Assembly: GCF_006345805.1 (NCBI RefSeq)
Contig: NW_021828436.1
Coordinates: 1 to 8,369, forward strand
DNA from: Octopus sinensis
Lineage: Eukaryota
Direction of reading: 5' to 3'
DNA: 8,369 nt
Shown: positions 1-6,204 of the stretch, in pieces
Layout: every line of letters begins with the position of its first letter
Position numbering within the stretch: position 1 is the first letter of the stretch
Position numbers and translations under genes: made by a program
Notes under the pieces: generated by a model
What the model was told of the DNA's origin: nothing
What the model saw: the letters and a program-made list of their open reading frames with translations, nothing else
The model's database searches: none

Positions 1-64
1 CAGTTCAATTTTCACTCATTATTTATATTTTTTCCTTTCTTTATATATGTATATATCGTGTGTG

Positions 65-95
<31 letters not shown>

Positions 96-294
96 ATCTG
101 TATGTATCATTCATCATCATTCATATATTTCACTCGTCATCATTCTAGGACCATACTCTCATTGATATGGGTGTTACACCTCTCTCTGAATCTCACCATT
201 CATCACAGTCCTTCATCATTGTCATACATATATGCACACACATCCACAAACACACGCACACACACACACGCATGTGTGTGTGAGTGTTTACGTC

Positions 295-529
295 TTTTTG
301 TGCTGACGTCACATGATAGCTGTAAACGAGAGTCCCCCGTCATAGGCGCCAGTGTCTTTCCATTTCCAACCTTCTGCCAAAACATGTCTGGCCGCAGAGG
401 AGAATATTGACCCTGCTTGGACACTGGTCAGGGTTGGCCAGAGGACTGGCAACCTGGCCATAGAAACTTTACCACAATAAATTTCATCTGACCCATGCAA
501 GCATGGAAAGGTGGACATTAAAAATGATG
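295..529 (+). mobile_element. SINE-like repeat, family A, 3' body and tail
   Basis: Ends in acccatgcaagcatggaaaggtggacattaaaaatgatg. Colinear over about 230 bp with the reverse complement of 4601-4856 (acccataccagcatggaaaagtggacattaaaacgatgatg) and shares its tail with 3970-3995. Start boundary is approximate. Confidence 0.8.
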
Positions 530-540
530 TGTGTGTGTGT

Positions 541-632
541 CTGAGGGATCGTGTGTTCAATTCCTGGACCAGGTGGTGCATTATGTTCTTGAGCAAAACC
601 CTTCACTTCATGTTGTTACAGTTCACTTAGCT
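541..632 (+). mobile_element. tRNA-derived SINE, family C, 5'-truncated head plus CORE-like segment
   Basis: B-box-like tgttcaattcc (554-564) followed by tgttcttgagcaaaacccttcacttcatgttgttacagttcacttagct. Aligns with the reverse complement of about 4410-4500 (ttcaattcctagaaaaggtggc...cttcctttcatactgtttcagtatactcggct). Confidence 0.75.
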
Positions 633-725
633 CTAGACGAGTGTCTTCTACTGCAACCCCCCCTAGGTCAACCAATTGCCCCGTGAGGGAACATGGTGGC
701 AGATTGAGAGCATACAGAAGCCAGT

Positions 726-763
726 TGTGTGTGTGTGTTTGTGTGTGTGTGTTTGTGTGTGTT

Positions 764-839
<76 letters not shown>
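726..839. repeat. Interrupted (TG)n microsatellite
   Basis: About 114 nt of TG with periodic TTTG interruptions; source of the VCVC/HTHT ORFs. Confidence 0.97.
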
Positions 840-865
840 CTTTTCTTCTCTCAAGTTGCCCCAGC

Positions 866-1063
866 CGTTCAAGAATTTGGACCTGGAAGATCTCCATTTC
901 CAGCGACTTCGAGGGCCACCTCCCAGTGGTGTTGGGCGTCAACGAAGAGCCCTTGACTACAACAGGACAACCAAAGTTTATTTAAGGTCCGGGGTCTCCC
1001 GTACCCTAAGCCCTTGACCATTACCTAATCACCCTTACCCGTCTTGTTGCTTAACAACAACAA
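866..1063 (+). mobile_element. 198-bp retro-insertion (unassigned family) with 14-bp TSD and (AAC)n tail
   Basis: Exact direct repeat caagttgccccagc at 852-865 and 1064-1077; aacaacaacaacaa runs into the second copy. Removing the insert and one repeat restores a family D tail. Confidence 0.8.
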
Positions 1064-1745
1064 CAAGTTGCCCCAGCATGGCGACAGTCCATTGTCTGAA
1101 CAACTGAAAGAATAAAGAACAAGAATGTCTTGAAATTTATGTAACAGCTTCTATTTTTGCTTCAGGAAATACTTTGTGGTAAACAAAGTATTCTTATTTA
1201 GCCCGGGTCAACCCTGGACAAGTAAACATTATATTCTCACAGCAGTGGTGGTGGATGGGGTAGCAGTTAAATGGATGAGTCTGTGATATAAGTGATCCTG
1301 ATGTCTATGACAGTGGAGGTGGTGGTTCAGTTACAGTAGGCTACTGATGTGTATGTGTGGTGGGTGGTATTACGAAAAAAAAAAAAGGAAAAAACCAAGG
1401 GGGAAAGCATTTGCTTATGTGTTGGAAAAAAAATTGATGAAAGAATTATCTCCCTTAGGACACTCTATCTATGATGTCACGCTCCAATTCTGCTTTGCAC
1501 CAAAAGTTGTATCCTGAAACATACATAAATACACACATTCATACATACACACACCTTTTCACATGTATACACATAACAGACTCATACACATGCATTAATG
1601 CATATATGTGTGTGTGTTTGTAATTAAGCCAATCTCTGTAATGTTTGATACTGTATTAAATATATATGAAAATTTCTTTTTATAAATGTCCATATGTATA
1701 ATTCTGTGTCTATCTTCCCCTCTCTCTCTCCCTCTTTCTCTCTCC

Positions 1746-1773
1746 ATATATATATATATATATATATATATAT
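1746..1773. repeat. (AT)14 microsatellite, left flank of the foldback element
   Basis: Pure AT dinucleotide run; the matching right flank (AT)6 is at 2001-2012. Confidence 0.97.
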
Positions 1774-1827
1774 GGAAAAAAAGTCAAGGGAGAAAATGCT
1801 AAAATAATTTTATAAAAAACATTTTAG

Positions 1828-1857
1828 TACCGGTTTCGGTCATTGAGACTTTTTCAA
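1828..1857 (-). ncRNA. Minimal hammerhead ribozyme-like motif, mirror copy (likely defective)
   Basis: Minus strand reads UUGAAAA-AGUC-UCAAU-GACC-GAAA-CCG-GUA. Stem II has an A.C closing mismatch and no stem I forms. Confidence 0.3.
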
Positions 1858-1916
1858 TTGTAAGCATGGAAAACAATTAAATTTTTCCAAAATTTAATCG
1901 TTTTCCATACTTGGAG

Positions 1917-1946
1917 TTGAAAAAGTCTCAATGACTGAAACCGGTA
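1917..1946 (+). ncRNA. Minimal type I hammerhead ribozyme-like motif (U3:A8 core variant)
   Basis: UUGAAAA (CUGANGA with compensatory C3U/G8A), stem II AGUC/GACU with a 5-nt loop, GAAA, palindromic ACCGGU stem III, and a GUA cleavage triplet. Stem I is weak (2 bp, 2 mismatches, 2 bp). Confidence 0.45.
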
Positions 1947-2190
1947 CTAAAATGCTTTTTATAAAATTATTTTAGCATTTTCTCCCTTGACTTTTTTTCC
2001 ATATATATATATCAACTTGTGTGTTCCTTTTCAACCTTCTACATTTATATATATATATATATTTATACACACACACACTCACCTATCAAATTGATTGAGG
2101 AATTCTAAGATTGCATCAGGGGACAAATATGTGGGGAGGAGCAAATGTAATTAAATCATTTCACTGCTATTTTATTTCTTATTTCACGAA

Positions 2191-2340
2191 GGCAGTAACT
2201 TGGCAAAATTCTGAGGGCACCGGACTAAATGCCAACTGTAATTGGTTACGGCCCTCTTTTCTCACCAGGTTCAGATTCCACCGAGGTCGACCTTGCCTTT
2301 TCCATCCTTCTTTTAGGACCAATATACAAAAGAACCAATT
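2191..2340 (+). mobile_element. tRNA-derived SINE, family B, diverged copy
   Basis: A-box-like tggcaaaattctgagg and B-box-like ggttcagattcc (2268-2279), then gaggtcgaccttgcctttccatcctt, which matches the reverse complement of aaggatgagaggcaaagttgacctc in the 2571-2907 copies. Confidence 0.75.
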
Positions 2341-2384
2341 CTATGCTCTTCTTGGTGTATATATTCCTTTTATAATTGTAATGG

Positions 2385-2445
2385 GGATTTTTCTACCATG
2401 ATACAAGCTAGGGGGGATGGATGCTGTCAGCCTTTGAATTGCAGA
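2385..2445 (+). repeat. Fragment of repeat family E
   Basis: 15-nt exact match gggggatggatgctg (2412-2426 vs 4201-4215), plus colinear ctacca and tttgaatt, with 4138-4276. Confidence 0.55.
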
Positions 2446-2550
2446 GGCCCACTTTCATTAGGAGAAAAACGCCAAAACTTGAAATACGGAAGTCTGATAA
2501 AGAATCATATATTCGTTAGCACTTGCAATGAAATAGACTATAACATCCAG

Positions 2551-2860
2551 CAACCTTAATAATCTATTAATTATAATAATCCTTTCTACTAAAGGCACAA
2601 GGCCTGAAATTTCATAAGAGGGGACAAATCGATTACATCGACCCCAGTGTATCACTGGTACTTAATTTATTGATTTTTGAAAGGATGAGAGGCAAAGTTG
2701 ACCTCAACCTTAATAATCTATTAATTATGATAATCCTTTCTACTAAAGGCACAAGGCCTGAAATTTCAGAAGAGGGGACAAATCGATTACATCGACCCCA
2801 GTGTTTCACTGGTACTTAATTTATTGATTTTTGAAAGGATGAGAGGCAAAGTTGACCTCA
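2551..2860. repeat. Tandem duplication, period 154 bp
   Basis: 2551-2704 vs 2705-2858 differ at only 3 positions (2575/2729, 2615/2769, 2651/2805); there is a 2-nt 'ca' junction microhomology. Confidence 0.97.
2571..2704 (-). mobile_element. SINE family B, 3' half (copy created by the tandem duplication)
   Basis: Near-identical to 2725-2858 but stops before the B box. Confidence 0.8.
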
Positions 2861-2907
2861 GTGGAATTTGAACTCAAAATACAGGGACAGGCCAAATGCT
2901 ACTAAGC
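2725..2907 (-). mobile_element. SINE family B, 5'-truncated
   Basis: Minus strand has B-box-like gagttcaaattcc followed by gaggtcaactttgcctctcatcctttc...aagtaccagtg...ggggtcgatgtaatcga. No A box. Confidence 0.8.
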
Positions 2908-3125
2908 GGGCCTTTTTATTATGAGTACAAAGGCCTTAGATATTTGGAGAGGAGTCTAAGTAGTTACATCGAAACCCCAGTGTTCAACTGGTACTAATTT
3001 TATCAACCCTGAAAGTATGAAAGTCAAAGCTGACTGTGACACGGTTTGAACTTAGAATATAAAGACAGATGAAAGGCCCCCAAGCATTTCGTCTGGTGTG
3101 CTAACGACTTTGCCAACTTGCTCCC
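2908..3125 (-). mobile_element. SINE family B, near full-length, more diverged
   Basis: Minus strand: A-box-like tggcaaagtcgttag, B-box-like agttcaaaccg (3042-3052), and a body colinear with 2725-2907 (gttacatcgaaaccccagtgttcaactggtac vs gattacatcgaccccagtgtttcactggtac). Confidence 0.8.
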
Positions 3126-3184
3126 TTCAATAATGTTTTGATAATAAACACAATATGACCGTTTTACATATTTATTAATACAAG

Positions 3185-3216
3185 TCTTTATTTTTTTACC
3201 TATTTTACAGGTGAGT
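3185..3216 (+). other. Juxtaposed 3' and 5' splice-site consensus (candidate recursive splice site / zero-length exon)
   Basis: tctttatttttttacctattttacag|gtgagt: 19 of 23 pyrimidines before CAG (3208-3210), then a perfect GTGAGT. A possible branch point ttaat lies at 3175-3179. Confidence 0.45.
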
Positions 3217-3280
3217 TCAACCAAAAATATACCATATTACATATATATTACATGAAAAGGGATTTGACAAATCCAGGCAG

Positions 3281-3330
3281 TATATATATACATACATATA
3301 TATACATATATATATATATATTTATATATA
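3281..3330. repeat. (TA)n/(TACA)n microsatellite
   Basis: Direct reading of the sequence. Confidence 0.95.
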
Positions 3331-3736
3331 GTATGTAAATATTCAGGTATTGTGATCTATTCATTTTCTTGTTTAGTTATAATTTTTTAATTTTGTTCTT
3401 AATATTTTGGCATCAGTTGTAAAATATTCTTGTTTTTATTTAGTACCACATTTCAGAAAACTTTTTTCATCTTTTTCTTTAACATTATCGTCACCACATC
3501 ATCCTGGTGTGAACGTTTTGACCACAAAACCATACCTGTACTAATTACATAGCCGCACCTGTACTGTCATAAAACAGTACCTGCTCTGATTATATAAAAA
3601 AAAATGGATCTCTCTCATAATGAATCTCTGACAGATTCATTATTTTTTTAAGCCCTTTTTTATTATCTGACACAAGATCACCTCCTCCAATGTCCCCTCA
3701 CCTCTCAAAATTCCTTGCTTTGCAGGTTACTTGGTG

Positions 3737-3995
3737 GCCCTGATGGTGCCACATAAAAAGCATCCAGTCTACACTGTGAAGTGGTTGGCATTTGGAAGGG
3801 CATCCAGCTGTAAAATTCACACCAAAACTGACCTTACCTGTGCTAGTGCCACGTACAAAGTACCCAATCCATTCTATAGAGTGGTTGGTGTTAGAAAGGG
3901 CATCCAGCTTAAACAGACACAGAAGCTTGATGCAGTCTCCTACCTGGCCAGCACCTGCCAAACCATCCGACCCATGCCAGCATAGAAGGCAGACC
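3737..3995 (+). mobile_element. SINE-like repeat with family A tail and two internal 100-bp-period units
   Basis: gtgccac...gtggttgg...aagggcatccagct occurs at 3746-3809 and 3846-3909 (49/64 identical). Tail is ccgacccatgccagcatagaaggcagac. Confidence 0.75.
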
Positions 3996-4137
3996 TTCAT
4001 CTTCCAAGTTGTTCTGGTTTGGAATTGTCATCGCTGCTTCTGTAGCTTTGCTTATTTTTCAGGGTAGAAGTGTTGGCCCTACACAAACCCATTTTTAACT
4101 CTGAGAAGAGGTGGTCCATTATTAGTCTGGCCCATAT

Positions 4138-4276
4138 CCTTTGACCTGTCCAGCAAGGGAAACCCTACCAGGTGCTTGCACTCCAAAGGGATACTAGCGA
4201 GGGGGATGGATGCTGCCAAGTTTTGAATTATCTCTCAGGGTTACTGAGGTATGCATGCCACCACATCACAATAAGG
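4138..4276 (+). mobile_element. Repeat family E; resembles (from memory) sequence near the 5' end of RTE-clade LINEs
   Basis: gacctgtccagcaagggaaaccctaccagg...ctctcagggttactgaggtatgcatgccacc. A partial second copy is at 2385-2445. The family assignment is recollection only. Confidence 0.45.
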
Positions 4277-4296
4277 ATTGAACCTGGTGGCGGTAT

Positions 4297-4549
4297 GGAC
4301 TAGACTCATTAGGCCAGAACTTATCCCAGTTTCCATGACTGTGAGTCAAAAGACAATCCTATTGACAGGACTCCAGCCCTCCACCAGGTTGACTCCTAGA
4401 TAGAGCTGGGACTCATTTTCAGCCGAGTATACTGAAACAGTATGAAAGGAAGTACTGTACTCATTCACACGATCTGCCACCTTTTCTAGGAATTGAACCA
4501 GCAACTTTATGATCAGGGACTCAATACTCTAAGCACTAGGCTGGGCACC
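4297..4549 (-). mobile_element. tRNA-derived SINE, family C, near full-length, diverged
   Basis: Minus strand: A-box-like cagcctagtgct (4532-4543), B box ggttcaattcc (4489-4499), a CORE-like middle homologous to 541-632, and a tail gaaactgggataagttctggcctaatgag. Confidence 0.75.
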
Positions 4550-4600
4550 ATTAATATCCCTTCTGGGCTTCCATATGCATATTCCACTCAAAACTAGTAT

Positions 4601-4856
4601 ATCATCATCGTCGTCATCATCATCGTTTTAATGTCCACTTTTCCATGCTGGTATGGGTTGGACAGTTTTCTTGAGGCAGATTTTCTATGGCTGGATGCTT
4701 TTCCTGTCATCAACCCTCACCTGTTTCCAAGCAAGGTAATAGTCGCCCCATGGCCAGACGACATGTTTTTCATGGCAGATAGGAAATGGATGACACTGCT
4801 TGTATGACAGTGGCACTCATTTACAACTATTGCATGATGTCAATACAGGGAGACAC
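4601..4856 (-). mobile_element. SINE-like repeat, family A, with (ATG/ACG)n tail
   Basis: Reverse complement is colinear with 295-529; the trinucleotide tail is at 4601-4625. Confidence 0.8.
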
Positions 4857-5025
4857 TTGACACTTGCACACACACAAAAGCAGGAATAATATTTTGATAT
4901 TATTTATTTCCTTTTACACGTTTCATTTGATATTAGAAACTTCTTACAGAATTCAATGTGTGTGTGTACGTATATATATTTACACACACACATACACACT
5001 CGTGCACATGTGTGAGTATGTATAT

Positions 5026-5034
<9 letters not shown>

Positions 5035-5074
<40 letters not shown>
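5035..5074. repeat. (TA)20 microsatellite
   Basis: Pure run abutting the 3' end of the family D SINE. Confidence 0.97.
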
Positions 5075-5075
<1 letters not shown>

Positions 5076-5454
5076 TCTTTTACTTGTTTCAGTCATTTGA
5101 CTGCAGCCATGCTGGAGCACAGCCTTCAGCAAATCAAACCCGGGACTTATTCTTTGTAAGCCTATTACTTATTCTATCGGTCTCTTTGCTGAGCTACTAA
5201 GTTACGGGGAGGTAAACACACCAGCATCGGTTGTCAAGCGATGTTTGGGGGAGGGGGGGACAAACAAACACACACACACACAAGCATACACACACACATA
5301 CATATATACGACACGCTTCTTTCAGTTTCCATCTACCAAATCCACTCACAAGGCTATAGTAGAAGACACTTGCCCAAGATGCCACGCAGTGGGACTGAAC
5401 CTAGAACCATGTGGTTGGTAAGCAAGCTCCTTACCACACAGCCACTCCTGCACC
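5073..5454 (-). mobile_element. Full-length tRNA-derived CORE-like SINE, family D (typical abundant octopus SINE, from memory)
   Basis: Minus strand: A box tggctgtgtggt (5433-5444), B box ggttcagtccc (5391-5401), CORE-like cttgggcaagtgtctt, internal (TG)n, and tail gtcaaatgactgaaacaagtaaaagagta. Confidence 0.9.
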
Positions 5455-5854
5455 TTTATGTATAAACACAACATATGTATTATGTGTATATATTAGAAGA
5501 AATGAGGTACTCAGAAAATCGGATGGTTTTATATTTACAGATATTGATTTGTATATTACATGTTTTTATACATCATATAACTTATATATACACACACGTC
5601 TATATATATATATATATACACATACTTACACATATGTGTATGTATTTATATGTATGTATGTGTGTGTAGATAGAAAGTGTAGAAGCCCTATATATATATA
5701 TATGTGTATATATATGTATATATATATATTGTATTGTTAAACATGTCCTTGCCTTTTTGTATTGCTTCCATTCTGTGTCTGCTGTGTAACCCTCGGCCAG
5801 ACCTCACTGAGATGATCTTATGATCAATGCCATACCTTCCAAAACAGCCTACCA

Positions 5855-5925
5855 CCACACAGAAGGACAGAACCTGAAACCATGTGGTTGCAAAAAAACG
5901 AACCAACCACATAACCATGGGGGCC
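5855..5925 (-). mobile_element. Degenerate family D-type tRNA-derived head with a different body
   Basis: ccacacagaaggacagaacctgaaaccatgtggttg matches 5382-5417 at 30/36; the downstream body (5740-5854) does not match family D. Confidence 0.6.
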
Positions 5926-6033
5926 ACCAGTGCCCTCTTGCACCGAGACTAGGATCTGTCTGATAATTTAAAGGGGGGGGGGGAAATTTCTCCTCTCTTC
6001 GCTCCTTATTTATTTATTTATTTATTTAATTAC

Positions 6034-6153
6034 CAGGGCCTGAAGGAAGCGGTAGGGGTAGGGGGTAGGAGTGGGGGGTGTACTGTGCCCTACTGCCTTC
6101 CATAATATCTACCGGGTCCATCTCCATAGAGGCTCCTACAATTTGGTTCTCCC
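6034..6153 (-). CDS. Candidate 120-nt phase 1-1 coding exon, (G)ENQIVGASMEMDPVDIMEGSRAQYTPHSYPLPLPLPSGP(G); product unknown
   Basis: Complex sequence with no similarity to repeats seen in the window. Open frame bounded by aaagccag| and CTG|gtaatt. Both splice sites are mediocre and no homolog is recognised. Confidence 0.22.
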
Positions 6154-6204
6154 CTGGCTTTGATGTATGTAATAGCAGTGGGTTGGGTAGGAGAAGGGGA
6201 GGTA

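Larger units (their letters stand above)
631..1127 (+). mobile_element. SINE family D body and tail, internally deleted and interrupted by an insertion
   Basis: 13-nt exact match agtgtcttctact (640-652) to the reverse complement of 5358-5370. Has the same internal (TG)n tract. Tail ccagcatggcgacagtccattgtctgaacaactgaaagaata matches ccagcatggctgcagtcaaatgactgaaacaagtaaaagagta of the 5073-5454 copy. Confidence 0.7.
1774..2000. mobile_element. 227-bp foldback (palindromic) element inserted in (TA)n; Penelope pLTR-derived inverted repeat or MITE
   Basis: Arms 1774-1885 and 1889-2000 are reverse complements without indels (paired positions sum to 3774). There are 7 mismatches in 112 bp, a 3-nt loop (tcc), and the outer 45 bp are perfect. 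Confidence 0.9.

Noticed and set aside
616-1017. Overlapping 69-114 aa ORFs on both strands
   Set aside because: Kept open by the stop-free (TG)n tract; they span a SINE/insertion boundary, and no recognisable RT or endonuclease motif is present in any frame of the insert.
1004-1040. Telomere-like CCCTAA periodicity and a twister-like ccctaagccc motif in the insert
   Set aside because: Only one exact CCCTAA; the downstream pseudoknot partners needed for a twister fold are absent.
1195-1225. Possible further repeat fragment (tttagcccgggtcaaccctg) loosely similar to 5786-5830 and 8255-8290
   Set aside because: Too short and diverged to support from the window alone.
3617-3649. Rho-independent terminator-like hairpin plus T run
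   Set aside because: Eukaryotic context and an AT-rich stem; retained only as a low-interest hairpin.
2111-4067. ORFs of 65-100 aa at 2111, 2458, 3024, 3698, 3731 and 3792
   Set aside because: All lie on SINE copies identified by in-window homology; no coding signature or recognisable domain.
4043-4145. Acceptor-like ttatttttcag followed by a short open frame (VEVLALHKPIF...)
   Set aside because: No good donor, frames close quickly, and it runs into a repeat.
4489-5444. tRNA genes suggested by A/B boxes (also at 554, 2268 and 3042)
   Set aside because: No cloverleaf or acceptor stem, and no T-run terminator directly after; each continues into a SINE body.
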